Shown: positions 25,303 through 36,400 of the stretch, one piece after another
Numbering within the stretch: the first letter of the stretch is position 1
Layout: the number at the start of each line of letters is the position of its first letter
Source of the DNA: a virus
Taxonomy: Duplodnaviria > Caudoviricetes
Direction: 5' to 3' (one strand)
IMG/VR virus record: IMGVR_UViG_3300037851_000969
Coordinates: 1 to 39,106 of that record
Length of the DNA stretch: 39,106 bases
Translations under genes and position numbers: made by a program
The notes under the pieces: generated by a model
Databases searched by the model: none
What the model was told of the DNA's origin: nothing
Seen by the model: the letters and a program-made list of their open reading frames with translations, nothing else

Positions 25303-25897
25303 GAAGCTCGAGAAGGCGGACCTCATCCACCTTCGCAGCGGGCCGGACCCGAGAATCCTGCAGCCAGTTCCTTTCAGCATCAGCATCTACCCGGCACTCC
25401 TGGACGAGCAAATCAGTCTTCTCCGTCTCGAACTCGAAAAAGTGCCGGAGGAAGACAGGGGGATCGTCCAGCAGAGCCTCAACGTCTTGCAAGAAGAGAA
25501 AGAGAACAGCCCTGTCTTCGAAGCGTTCTTTAGACCGATCAAGCTGGGCGAATGGAGTCGCTACCGGTCGGAGAAGCTGAAGACGTGGGAGGTCGTCCAG
25601 CGCCACGTCACAACGAGCAACGGCGAGCCATATTTCAGTCCCGACGAAGCCGAGAACGTGAGGAACCCGGTCTTTGTGAACGCGGTCTACGACCACCTGC
25701 TCGAAGCGAGCGGCCTCACGGGGGCTGAGATAAAAAATTACAGTCTCCTCTACCAGGCCACGATGATCGAGCTCGAAAGAAGGCGGCGATCAAGGCAGCT
25801 AAAGACCGGGAACGAGGAGTCCAACGAATCACGAGAAGCTTCACCGCCTTCCTCGTCAGAGAATGCGGCTTCAAGCCCTGGGAGGTCCCAGAATTGA
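25280..25897 (+). CDS. Tail assembly chaperone (gpG-like)
   Basis: Between tube and tape measure; contains slippery A AAA AAT at 25732-25738. Confidence 0.75.
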   Translation: MMKPAPNKKLEKADLIHLRSGPDPRILQPVPFSISIYPALLDEQISLLRLELEKVPEEDRGIVQQSLNVLQEEKENSPVFEAFFRPIKLGEWSRYRSEKLKTWEVVQRHVTTSNGEPYFSPDEAENVRNPVFVNAVYDHLLEASGLTGAEIKNYSLLYQATMIELERRRRSRQLKTGNEESNESREASPPSSSENAASSPGRSQN

Positions 25898-25965
25898 CGT
25901 ATCTCGAAGTGCACGAGCTCTTCAACGATTACGAACGAATGCACACGCCACGACAGGAGGAATGA
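25280..25965 (+). CDS. Tail assembly chaperone, -1 frameshift product (gpGT-like)
   Basis: The -1 frame from 25738 is open to TGA 25963-25965: LQSPLPGHDD...FLVRECGFKPWEVPELTYLEVHELF...; ends 6 nt before the tape measure ATG. Confidence 0.8.
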
Positions 25966-25971
25966 ACACCG

Positions 25972-27927
25972 ATGCCCCTCGACCCGCTCGTCCTTGAGCT
26001 CCTCGTGAAAGACGGCGCGAGCGCGAGCCTTGAACGCGTCCGGCGAGAAACGGAACGCGTGGATGACGCGGCGCGTCGAGCGGACGCTGGCGGATTGCGC
26101 GGTCTCGGAGCAAGCCTCGTGAAAATCGGCGCGGCCGTCGGCGCAGCCGTCGTCTTGAAACAAGTCGCAGGGTACCTCGTCGAAGCAGGGCAGGCCGCCG
26201 CGAAAGCAGAAACGAGCCTCGCCGCCTTGCAGCGAACCATCGGCGAGACAGCAGACGATCTCGTGCGCAACCTGCGCGTCGCGGCGAGAGGTACCGTTGC
26301 TGATTTCGAGCTCGTCGCCGGGGCGAACCGGGCGCTCGCCCTTGGACTGGACCAGAACAAGCTCGTCGATCTGATGGACGTCGCCGCTGCGCGCAGCAAA
26401 GTGATGGGAATCACGGTGAGCCAGGCGTTCGGCGATATCGTCACTGGCATCGGTCGGCAATCACCGATGATCCTGGACAACCTTGGCATCGTGATAGACG
26501 CGGAAGCCGCGTACAAGGACTACGCATCAACCCTCGGAAAGACTGAAGACAAGCTGACAGGGGTGGAACGCAAAGCCGCTCTCCTCAACCAGGTTCTCGC
26601 GAACAGCCGTGACCTCGTGGATGCGCAGCGCGGCGGCGCGGACTCGGCCGACGAGAGCTTTCAACGTCTCGGCGCAGATATGGAGAACCTGAAGATCGAG
26701 ATCGGACAAGAACTTCTCCCCATCTTTAAAGAGTTCGTCGACACGCTCCTGGAGAACAAGGATGACATCGTCGCTTCGCTCACCGCTATCGGCAAAGCGG
26801 CAAGCCTCACCCTCGGTGCCGGAAGCAACGTGGTCGAAGGATTCCGAGGCATCGGCGCTGGGATTCGCGAGCTCGCCATCGTGGCGAAAGAACGTGAGAA
26901 GGTCCTGAGCGATCGTGGCGCGACGCGCGAACAGCGTCAAGAGATAATGGGGATGAGCAACGCCGAACTCTTGCAGCGCCGCGCGAACGAATTGATGAGC
27001 GAATTCGGCAATCTCACGTTCATCCCGACGGACGAAGCGATCGAGATGCTCGCCGAGAACAATGCGGAGCTCAGCCTGCTCAAAGAACTAACGAAGGACA
27101 TCCGGGAGGAGCACGACTCGTACGCGAGAAGCCTCCACCAGACGGATGATGCGATTAAAGACTACGTGCTCACCCTGGACGAAGCGATCAGCCTACACCA
27201 GCGGGGTGTCATTGATGTTGAGAACCTCGATACGAGCATACAGAACCTTTACAAGCAGTTCACTGGCTTCCCGCAGGACTACCAGCTCAAGTTCACCCTT
27301 GAGGAATTGAAGACGAAGCTCGAAGCCGCGAAAACCCCTGCGGAAGAGCTCGTCGACGCGTTCACCAACTTGCAGAACACGCTCAACGTGGGCGACACAC
27401 GCCTGGACTTGCTTGGCAACATCCTCGAACAAACAAGCCGTACGGGGGAGCGGAACGTCGCGATCGATGAAGGTCTCGCTGCGAGGCTCGGTTTCGGAAG
27501 CAAAGGCGATCTGCAAGACTTCCTCAAAGAGATGGACATCACCAGCGTTGACCAGAAAGGAGAGAAGCTGAACGTTTTCGGCGCGCAGCGCGCGATCGAG
27601 CTCGCGAAAGAAGACGTGAAGCTCCGCCAGGAAGAATTGACGCTCGCGAACGAGATCGGCGAACTCGCCAAGACTGAAGCCGAACAACGCCTCAGCATCG
27701 CGCTCAGCCACGAGAAGAGTGTGACGAGCCTGAAAGACGAGGTGACGGCGACGCAGGAAATGTTCAGCGAGGTCACGACGAACGGGGACAACGTCGTTTT
27801 CATTCTGAAACAAAAGGCTGACGCGAACGAGCGCAGCGCAGACGCCGCCGAGCGCGAAGAACGAGCCTTGCGCGCCATCATCGGCCTGAATGACAAGCTG
27901 AAAGGACGAGGCAGCGGAAAGAGGTAA
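25972..27927 (+). CDS. Tape measure protein
   Basis: 651 aa, Ala/Leu-rich helical, IVTGIGRQSPMILDNLGI motif, position. Confidence 0.9.
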   Translation: MPLDPLVLELLVKDGASASLERVRRETERVDDAARRADAGGLRGLGASLVKIGAAVGAAVVLKQVAGYLVEAGQAAAKAETSLAALQRTIGETADDLVRNLRVAARGTVADFELVAGANRALALGLDQNKLVDLMDVAAARSKVMGITVSQAFGDIVTGIGRQSPMILDNLGIVIDAEAAYKDYASTLGKTEDKLTGVERKAALLNQVLANSRDLVDAQRGGADSADESFQRLGADMENLKIEIGQELLPIFKEFVDTLLENKDDIVASLTAIGKAASLTLGAGSNVVEGFRGIGAGIRELAIVAKEREKVLSDRGATREQRQEIMGMSNAELLQRRANELMSEFGNLTFIPTDEAIEMLAENNAELSLLKELTKDIREEHDSYARSLHQTDDAIKDYVLTLDEAISLHQRGVIDVENLDTSIQNLYKQFTGFPQDYQLKFTLEELKTKLEAAKTPAEELVDAFTNLQNTLNVGDTRLDLLGNILEQTSRTGERNVAIDEGLAARLGFGSKGDLQDFLKEMDITSVDQKGEKLNVFGAQRAIELAKEDVKLRQEELTLANEIGELAKTEAEQRLSIALSHEKSVTSLKDEVTATQEMFSEVTTNGDNVVFILKQKADANERSADAAEREERALRAIIGLNDKLKGRGSGKR

Positions 27928-27934
27928 GAGTGGG

Positions 27935-28351
27935 ATGAGAATTCGCAACCAAGCCAACACGACGACGCTCTTCCAATTCAGCGACGCCGACCAGGTCAAC
28001 ACGGGCACCGGGCACGCAGTCATCTTGAACGAGCAGAGCTTCGCCGAGACGTTCAGCTTCGAGACGCAACTCAAGCCTCGTTACGGGCAGAAAGGCATCG
28101 TGAAACGGCAGGTCGGCGCGATCAACCGGGAATTCCCCCTGCGAATCCTCATCCTCGGGAGCAGCCGGGACACAAAGCTCGCAGAACTACGCAGCGTCCT
28201 CACAACGAACGAGTTCCTCTACTTCGACACGGAAAGTTACCTGACAAGCCTTGACGGCGTGTACGCACCCGTCGGGACTTGGCGACAGAAGAAAGACGAA
28301 TGGGAAAACACGATCACCGTGGACGTGCGCCTCGTCGAGAAGGAGACGTGA
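27935..28351 (+). CDS. Distal tail (Dit)-like protein
   Basis: Immediately after the tape measure; 138-aa beta-rich protein ending VRLVE. Confidence 0.55.
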   Translation: MRIRNQANTTTLFQFSDADQVNTGTGHAVILNEQSFAETFSFETQLKPRYGQKGIVKRQVGAINREFPLRILILGSSRDTKLAELRSVLTTNEFLYFDTESYLTSLDGVYAPVGTWRQKKDEWENTITVDVRLVEKET

Positions 28352-28358
28352 TGCTCTA

Positions 28359-28766
28359 ATGGCTGACGAAGTCAATCTCACCCAGGAAACCCTGAACCTC
28401 GTGATGCAATACGTCAGGGACAACCTCTTCTTGTACCTCGCAACCGGAACGGGAAATAACGCGATCACCCTCACGAGCGAAGATCTCGAAAGCCCCGTCC
28501 AGACCGGCAGCAGCCAGCGCAACATCCCTTCAGCGAGCACGAGCACGATGAACAACTTCGTCCGTTTCAAGTTCCGCCTCACGAGCGCGATGCCGTACGC
28601 CCTCCCGGTGAGCCTGCAAGAATTCGGTTTGCACAAGACGGCGACCGCGACGAGCGACTTGGTCGCGGGCTGGACGCTTCCCGTCGCGAACACGAAAGAC
28701 AACCAGAGCCAATGGGACGTGACAATCAGCGTCCGGGCCGTCGAACTGGAGAGGAGCAGCCTATGA
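28359..28766 (+). CDS. Tail collar/fibre attachment-like protein
   Basis: YLATGTG...T.EDL...LQEFGL...KDN pattern. Confidence 0.6.
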   Translation: MADEVNLTQETLNLVMQYVRDNLFLYLATGTGNNAITLTSEDLESPVQTGSSQRNIPSASTSTMNNFVRFKFRLTSAMPYALPVSLQEFGLHKTATATSDLVAGWTLPVANTKDNQSQWDVTISVRAVELERSSL

Positions 28767-30379
28767 CTGAATACGTCAAGGTGGATTGGATGAGCAAGAA
28801 TGCCTCCTCCTGGGTTGACGTGACGAGCTACGTCGTCGGCACGAACCGCTGCAGCCTCGGCAAAGGCAGCAAGATTCAAAAAGGGGGTGTCATCACGTTC
28901 GACGACACGCTCCAGTACACGATCGAACCGCACGACGCGATCAAGCTGAGCATCTACGACGGGACGACAACCAGGTTCTTCGAAGGGTTCTTCATTGAAC
29001 CCGCTACGGAAGACGACGACTACTCGTGGCGATTCGAGCACTACGAACGACTCCCCAGCATCCGCAAAGCGACGAACGTCTACACTGCCTTGACGGATAT
29101 CGAGATATTCAAAGCCCTCGTGGACGAGTACCTCGTCGAGTTCACGTACGATGATACGAGCATCCCGCCCGAAACGCTGGACGATCGCGATATGCGCTTG
29201 AACGCCGTCCTGATCAGCGACGTGTTTGACGGGATCGCGCAGCGCACTGGTCGGAACTGGTGGGTTGACGACGACAAGAAGATCTGGCTGAAAGAGCTCA
29301 CGTTCACTGCGAGCGGGTACACCATCACTGCGTCGGAGATTCACGGGCGGCCCAGAGTCGTCCAGGACACGAGCAACTGGCGCACGAAGGTCCGGGTCGA
29401 AGGGGAACGGACCGAGACGGCGTACCAGAAAGATTTCAGCGTCGGCGGCGCGACCGGGACGACAAGCTGGACGCTCGACCAGGCATACGCGAGCATCGAA
29501 GTGAAGCAGATCCCGAGCGGGAGCGATGAGGCGGCTGTGGCTCCGAAGAGAGTCATCTTGGAAGGGAGTGATGTGGAGAGTGACGTCGTTGATTTCTACT
29601 GGAACCCGGCGACGAAAGTTCTCACACGAAACACTGCACGCGTCACGCTGAGCGTGAACGACACGATCAGGGTGAAAGGATTCACAGTCAGCCAGGTCGT
29701 CGGGGAAGCGGTGAACCCGACCGCGTACGCGAAGTACGGCCTCATCGAAGGACGCACCGAGGTGAACCGTCTCATCACGAGCGACAGCCAAGCGGAAACG
29801 ATCGCGCAGAGTCTCGCGGACGAGCAGGGAGAACCGGTGAGCATCCCGACCTTCGCGACGGTGTGGGACAGCAGGGTACTGCCGGGAAATAGCATTACGA
29901 TGAATGCTTACGGGATCGCTGGGTCGTACAACGTCGTCGAGCTTCTCATCGAGTGGGCGGGCAACTCGACGCCCGCGTACCACGTGACGCTGAACAACTT
30001 CAACTACACATTCGACAACGAGTTTGACGAGCTCGAACGACGGGTGCGCCAGCTGGAGGATCGCGACCTGGACGCGCAGACGTTCGTCAAGAAGACGTAC
30101 TTCCCATTCGCGAACATCGCTGTTGATCTCTACCGGGTGTACGTGCACGACTACGGCATCACGAACGCGTTCACCCTCGACCAGTCTTACACGGCCCTCG
30201 ACACTGCCGGGGACTACCTTGATGGGAACGATGGAGGGGGCTCCTTGCGAGACGATGGCGTCTTGTACGTGTGGAACCCGAACGACAAGGTCCGTCTCTT
30301 CCTCAACAACGATGAAGACTGGGACACGGGAGGAAGCACCGCGACGCTCAGCACGACGAACTGCACCATCACGTTTTGA
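28763..30379 (+). CDS. Baseplate hub/Tal-like tail protein
   Basis: IAQRTGRNWWVDDDKKIWL, TKVRVEG, AKYGLIE, AETIAQSL, LPGNSI; start ATG 28763 with ATGA overlap. Confidence 0.75.
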   Translation: MTEYVKVDWMSKNASSWVDVTSYVVGTNRCSLGKGSKIQKGGVITFDDTLQYTIEPHDAIKLSIYDGTTTRFFEGFFIEPATEDDDYSWRFEHYERLPSIRKATNVYTALTDIEIFKALVDEYLVEFTYDDTSIPPETLDDRDMRLNAVLISDVFDGIAQRTGRNWWVDDDKKIWLKELTFTASGYTITASEIHGRPRVVQDTSNWRTKVRVEGERTETAYQKDFSVGGATGTTSWTLDQAYASIEVKQIPSGSDEAAVAPKRVILEGSDVESDVVDFYWNPATKVLTRNTARVTLSVNDTIRVKGFTVSQVVGEAVNPTAYAKYGLIEGRTEVNRLITSDSQAETIAQSLADEQGEPVSIPTFATVWDSRVLPGNSITMNAYGIAGSYNVVELLIEWAGNSTPAYHVTLNNFNYTFDNEFDELERRVRQLEDRDLDAQTFVKKTYFPFANIAVDLYRVYVHDYGITNAFTLDQSYTALDTAGDYLDGNDGGGSLRDDGVLYVWNPNDKVRLFLNNDEDWDTGGSTATLSTTNCTITF

Positions 30380-30398
30380 AACATAAAGGTGACCACGA

Positions 30399-30905
30399 AT
30401 GACGAAGATCAGCCTCCGCACATTCACGAACAAGGTGGGCACGAGCTACACGCCTGGCGCCACGACGAAACCGTACGCGGAGGACCTGAACCAGCTCAAG
30501 GACGCCCTGCAGAGCGGCGTGCGGGAAGTCCTGCTCAAGGTGTGGAACGTGACGACGCTCGAGCGCGACGCGTTAAGCGGCACGGCTGGGATGATCGTCT
30601 GGAACACGGATGAAACGGAACTCCAAGTGTACGATGGCAACGCGTGGGGAAGCCTCGCGGGCGGCGGCGGTGGGATCGACAGCCGAACCAGGAAGAACGG
30701 GTCGGACTTCACCGGCTCGACCGGCGGCACCGGTCGGACGTATGTTCACACAAGTGGGATCAGCCTGAAAAACCTTGTGATGGTCAGCGGAAAAACCCTC
30801 GATCCGAACACGGAATACAGTCTCACGACGACGAGCGTTGTGAACGACACGCTCGTCATCACCGGTCCACTATTCGATGAAGAGGTGGTTGTCCTATGGC
30901 AATAA
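30399..30905 (+). CDS. Short tail fibre-like protein
   Basis: TTLERDAL...GMIVWNTDETELQVYDGNAWGSL fibre module; AGGTGA RBS. Confidence 0.65.
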   Translation: MTKISLRTFTNKVGTSYTPGATTKPYAEDLNQLKDALQSGVREVLLKVWNVTTLERDALSGTAGMIVWNTDETELQVYDGNAWGSLAGGGGGIDSRTRKNGSDFTGSTGGTGRTYVHTSGISLKNLVMVSGKTLDPNTEYSLTTTSVVNDTLVITGPLFDEEVVVLWQ

Positions 30906-33427
30906 AAAAAATCCTGGCGATCGTGTTCACCGCGTTACTGCTCCCATTCCTCGCACACGCGGCGGATTTCAATCCGCGCGGCGACATCAACGGGTACGGC
31001 TTGTACAACATCAATGGCATAGTGAACACGACCACGACGAACCTGTGGGCATCAGGCGATGCAGTCTTGAACGGGACACTCACGCAAGACGGGAACGTGA
31101 TCCTCACCACGAACAGCATCCTGATTAACCTCCTCTGGCAAGGCAGCGCGATCGCTGACCTATACCTGGCGAACGCCTCCGTGTGGCACGCGAAGGCCGG
31201 AACGGGCGCTTGCAGCGCCGGGTACGTCGTGATGAACACGACCACTGCTGGCGTGCAATGCGTCCTGGATAAAGACACGACGTACACCGCCACCAACCCG
31301 TACCTCGTCCTCTCAGGGACGGCGTTTTCGTGGAACGAGACGAAAGGCAACGCGACGTACGTGAACGAAGGACAAACAGATAGCATCACGAGCGGGATGG
31401 TCGCGTTCAACTACGCGAATGGAATCACGGCCGGGACGTGCATCCAGGTCAGCGGCACCGCTGGCGAAGCGTGGAGCCCGAACGTGAGCACGAACAATAC
31501 GTGCCTCGACGCGAGCTTCGTCGGCCAAAGCGAATACGCGAACCTCGACACGGACAGCACGAACGATCTCACCACGGGCACGACGTTCGGTGGGGACGTG
31601 AGCGGAACTTACAACGCGATCATCGTAGCGGACAACAGCCACGCCCTGCACTGGGACAACGTCACGAGCAAGCCCGCGAACCTGGATACTGACTCGACTA
31701 ACGACCTCACCACCGCGACGGCCTGGGGGGGCGACCTGGGTGGCACGGGCAGCAGTCCAAGCGTGACGGACAACAGTCACAACCACGGTAACAGCACCAT
31801 CACCGACCTCGACTACGTGAAGCTTCAAACCTACCCGTCAGCGTGTGGTGCGGGCACGGCAATAACGATGCTCGGCGACACGCCAACGTGCACCGCGTTC
31901 CTGCAAAGTGAGACGGGAGATATCAGCGCGGTGAACATCGACACGAGCGGGTACCTCACCGGCGGAGCCGCGAGCGGCTCCGCAACGATCGGCTTCAATG
32001 AGACGAAGCTGAACGCGACGATCGACGCGCGCGATGACAGCCCGACGTATGCGAACAGCACGGGACTCGGACTCTCCACTTTCACGTTCAGTATCCTCAC
32101 CACATACCAGCTCCCGCAAGGCTGCAGCGACGGGTACGTGGCGAAATGGAACACGACGAGTCTATCCTGGTACTGCGCCGTGGACAGCACCGGCGCTGGT
32201 GGGGGGATGACGAGCTGGCTGCTCAGCGCGAACGGCGCCGCGACGATCGACGTGACAGACGGTGAGACGGTCGACTTTGCTTCTGGATCGGGCTTGAACG
32301 TTTCCCGAAGCACGCAGACAATCACGTTCAGCCATAATGACACGAGCACGCAGAGCAGCGTGGACTCGAGCAATGGGAACGTCGTCCAGGACGTCAGTCT
32401 GGATACATACGGACACGTGACGAGCCTGACGAGCTACGACTTGGACAACCGGTATTTCACCGAGACGGAGAGCGACACGAACTTCGTCAGCCGAGGAACG
32501 TGGACGGACCACGACAACTACGCGCCGGACTGCAGCGCCGGAAACTATGTGTACGGTCTTGGCGATACGCTTAGCTGCAGCATCCCGCCTGGCGCGAACA
32601 ACGGTCACACGCACGACTCTGCGAACATCACATCAGGCACCATCGTCAACGCGCGATACAACACGAGCTACCTCCTCACAACGAGCGGGTTCGACGCCGC
32701 GAACCTGACAAGCGGGACCGTACCAGACGCTCGGATCAGCACGACGATCGCGCGCAGCGGCACCTTCCAATGCGGCGGAACAGACCAGCTCTACAACCTC
32801 ACCGTGAACAGCACGGGCGTCTACGGATTGTGCAGCGCACAAGGAAGCGCAGGCGGAAGCAACAGCTTCGTCACGTGGGACGCGCCGAGCGGTACCGACC
32901 CGGTCGCTGACACGACGAGCGACACGATGATTCTGACAGCTTCAGGAATCGTCAGCATTACGGGAGATGAGAGTGCCGACAGTCTTACCATCGGCGCGGT
33001 CGAGGTTGACGGGAGCACGACGAACGAGTTGCAGAATCTCTGGGCGACGATGAGTTCTGATTCTGGGAGCGTTGCTGCGAACTCGCAGACGGACACGTTC
33101 ACCATTGCTGGCGGGACTGACGGCTTGGATACGAGCATCACTGGGGATACGGTGACGTTCGCGGTTGACCCTTCAGAGTTCGCGACTGACGATGTGCCGG
33201 AGAGCAAGATGGATTTTGACACGACTTGTGGTAGCACGAGCAAACTCTATGTGAGTGGCAACGACCTCGCGTGCAACCCTGACGACACGGCCTCGTGGAC
33301 GAACACGACGACAACCGTCACGACGACCCTGGACGTGAACATCACCGGGCACAAGCTCTACCTCGGCAATGGTGGATGCTTGTATCAGAACGCGACGCAC
33401 TGGAGGATGATGGGCACGTGCAGCTAA
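30896..33427 (+). CDS. Secreted Thr/Ser/Asn-rich fibre-like glycoprotein
   Basis: Sec signal MAIKKILAIVFTALLLPFLAHA; more than 20 N-x-S/T sequons by manual count; Cys pairs; internal repeats (GGDVSGT...DNSH). Confidence 0.85.
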   Translation: MAIKKILAIVFTALLLPFLAHAADFNPRGDINGYGLYNINGIVNTTTTNLWASGDAVLNGTLTQDGNVILTTNSILINLLWQGSAIADLYLANASVWHAKAGTGACSAGYVVMNTTTAGVQCVLDKDTTYTATNPYLVLSGTAFSWNETKGNATYVNEGQTDSITSGMVAFNYANGITAGTCIQVSGTAGEAWSPNVSTNNTCLDASFVGQSEYANLDTDSTNDLTTGTTFGGDVSGTYNAIIVADNSHALHWDNVTSKPANLDTDSTNDLTTATAWGGDLGGTGSSPSVTDNSHNHGNSTITDLDYVKLQTYPSACGAGTAITMLGDTPTCTAFLQSETGDISAVNIDTSGYLTGGAASGSATIGFNETKLNATIDARDDSPTYANSTGLGLSTFTFSILTTYQLPQGCSDGYVAKWNTTSLSWYCAVDSTGAGGGMTSWLLSANGAATIDVTDGETVDFASGSGLNVSRSTQTITFSHNDTSTQSSVDSSNGNVVQDVSLDTYGHVTSLTSYDLDNRYFTETESDTNFVSRGTWTDHDNYAPDCSAGNYVYGLGDTLSCSIPPGANNGHTHDSANITSGTIVNARYNTSYLLTTSGFDAANLTSGTVPDARISTTIARSGTFQCGGTDQLYNLTVNSTGVYGLCSAQGSAGGSNSFVTWDAPSGTDPVADTTSDTMILTASGIVSITGDESADSLTIGAVEVDGSTTNELQNLWATMSSDSGSVAANSQTDTFTIAGGTDGLDTSITGDTVTFAVDPSEFATDDVPESKMDFDTTCGSTSKLYVSGNDLACNPDDTASWTNTTTTVTTTLDVNITGHKLYLGNGGCLYQNATHWRMMGTCS
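31538..31714 (+). repeat. Intragenic 138-nt-period repeat (ANLDTDSTNDLTT x2)
   Basis: Copies at 31538-31576 and 31676-31714: identical peptide, 7 of 13 codons differ. Confidence 0.8.
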
Positions 33428-36400
33428 AGACCATCTTGGCAATCGCGGCAGTCCTCCTCCTTGTAGGTTGCGGCCACGAAACAACCCCCTCAGATGATCT
33501 GATCTCGGGCGGGTCAATCCTCGCCGGAGAAGAACAAGAACTGAGCGCATACGGTGGTGGGGGGCTTATCGGGGTGATCAACGAGACGGAATTCGAGAGC
33601 GTCCAGATTACGAGCCTCACCGGCCTCGAAGCGCGATTCAACTGGACCGTGAACCGTGTGAACGCGACGCACTGGCGCGTCAGCGCGGTTATCCCTTCAA
33701 CCTTGCGCAGCACGCTCGAGACGCAACGAAGCAAGACGTGCGGGAACGCTGGCTGGACGACGATCAAGAACAGCCTCAATCTTTCAGGAAAGACCGCGAC
33801 GCAGCTGTGCAACGACATTAAGAACTTTGAGAACTTCCCGACAGCAAGCCCGGACGGCAGGGTCTCGTTCGAGAATGTGAAGGCAAATCTCTCCACTGGG
33901 CAGATCGAAGCGGAGATCAGCTTCCCGGAAGGCATCGTTGACGGGTTGCGAGCGAGTCTCGGATTCGGCACGGTGAACTTGACCGCGACGACGTACACCA
34001 CCTATTTCCTCAAAACACGCAGGGGCGTGTGCAGAACGAGCAACAACTACATTCACGTCCTCTATCCTGGCACGCAGACTGCAATCTACTACGCGCGAAG
34101 CACTGATGGTGGAGCATCGTTCACGGTCAATACGACCGCGTTCACCGGTGCGGGTGCGGGAAACAAGTTCTCGCAGAGCATTGATTGTGAAGGCAGCACG
34201 GTTGTCGCGTTCTTTCATAATGGGAGCACGAACGTGCAGGTCTGGAAGAGCACAAATAATGGTGATTCGTGGAGCAACGTGCACACGAGAGCAGAAACCG
34301 TCCTCACCGGATACAACGCTCAGATTCGCGTCAAAGGCAACGAGATCTACGCGTATTGGTGGGGCGCCACTGAGGAGAATTTCTTGAACAGTAGCGACGG
34401 GGGGACGAGTTGGACGTACACGAACCTGACGAATCTCCTCCCGAGCCTTTCAGACACGAGCGGCGGCGCGGACATCTTCATCGACTGGAAAGGCAACACT
34501 GACCCGACGGACAACCGCATCATCATCGGGTATCGCCGACCAAGCACGAACGCGTACCAATGGGCGGTCAGTCTGAACGGCGGATCAACGTGGACGAACA
34601 GCACGACTAGTGCTTGCCTTTCGCAGACAGGCGGACACTTGGTCGGCGTTCAAAACAACGGGCGCCTCTGGCAGACAAGCGGGCAAGACACGGGGACTTC
34701 TTGCTGGGTATATGCTCATTACAGCGATGACAACGCTTCGACGTGGACGACGAGCTATGTGCACCAGAGTGTCGGGCAGAACGCGTTCACCACGGCCGCG
34801 ATGGATGACGACACCGGATACCCGCACGTCATCTACGAGACGGGAATCCTCAACACGAACAAAGACATCCGCTACGCGGTGAAGAACAGCACAAGCAACC
34901 CGTCAATCCTGTGGAACCTGACGAACGACGCGCTCGCCGACACGACGCCGAGCGCGGTGCACCAGAAGACGAACGGCACGATTGACTTCGTCTGGCTGCG
35001 AGGAACAAACAGCCTCTACCACAGCTACATTGATTTGACGAACAAAAGCAGCACCATCACAGGCGTGCCATCCCCAAGCACGACGATCCCCGCGTGGGGA
35101 TCAACGGTCGAGTGCCGCGCAGTCTACACCGGAAAAGACTCCGGTGGGAATGTGAGCTTCATCTGGTACAAGAATGGTGCCGTCGAGCCTTATCACAACA
35201 GCAGCGTCAGCGTAAGCGGCCAGATCGCGGTCGCGACGAGCGGAAGCGTCACGGCGAACACGAGCAATCTCGGCTCGTGGATTTGCAGCGCTCGCAGCTA
35301 CAACGGCAGCGTGTACAGCGGGTACGTGAACAGCACGCCAGTCACGATCAGCGATTCTGTCCCTCCGCAGTACGCGCTCGGCGCGATCAGTGGGAACATC
35401 ACCTACGGGGCGAACGTGTCTCTCTTGAGCAACTGGACGGACAACGTGAACCTGAGCACCGCAAGGCTCTTCTGGAATGCGAGAGGCTACTGGGAACAAC
35501 TCACGAGTTGCACGCTGACCGGGACGAGCAGCAGCTGCAACGTGTCGAAGAACGTGACGGGGTATGCCGGGCAAGTGTGCTGGTTCGCGTGGGCAAACGA
35601 CACGACGAACAACATCAACGCGATCGGATTATCAACTCCCGCTTGCTTCAACATCACGACACCATCCTACACGGTTACGATGACTGCGCCCACGACCGCG
35701 AGCCCGGCAAGCGTGACCGGCGGCGAGTCCTTCACGGCGAACTTCACCGTGAGCAACGAGCTCGGCAGCGTGACCGGCGGGCTTGGATTGTGGAACGCGA
35801 CGATTGGCACTGGCCAGCTCAGCTTTGAAGACTGGGACCGACGATATAAAGGCCAGTTTCTTTCGAGGACGAGCATCCTCAACACTTCAACTTCATTATT
35901 CGGCGGACCGGCCTTTTCAAGAATGGTTTGGTACGATCGTCACACGAACAGGTGGTACACGTTCTACATTGACACCGCCTACGACATACGCGCGCTCTGG
36001 AGCGAGAACGGGTACACTATCGGTCAAGACCAGGTAGTGATTGCGGGGACTTGGACTGATGATGACTATGACGTTTGGCTCACGGATCACGGGACGTACA
36101 GCAGGTTGCACGTCGTCTACACGGACAGCACGCAAGAATATCTCGATTATATCGCGTGCAACATAACCACGAGCACGAGCCTCGCTTGCAGCGCGAGCCA
36201 GAGAATCTACCTGGCGAGCTCACAAGGCAACAGCGCAACTGATGATGTAGCGCACCCCGCAGTCGCAGCGGACAGCCAGAATTGCCTCCTCGTTGCGTGG
36301 GACTTCGAGGACGACAGCGAAGCGACCGCTGACGAGCACGAAGTGGTCTTTATAAAAGAGAACAGCACGGACTGCGATAATGGCGGCCCAGACAACGGCT

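Noticed and set aside
28187-30442. Long minus-strand ORFs (also 17624-19321, 15923-17359, 8952-9902, 21471-22373, 27193-28074)
   Set aside because: They shadow well-supported + strand genes, have no recognisable motifs and are expected from the biased codon usage that depletes antisense stops
33295-33417. ORF-track N-terminal extension of the lipoprotein (likewise starts at 5615, 10478, 12799, 15128, 19872, 28251, 28712)
   Set aside because: These extensions overlap upstream genes; internal starts have RBS motifs or stop/start overlaps and give sensible N-termini
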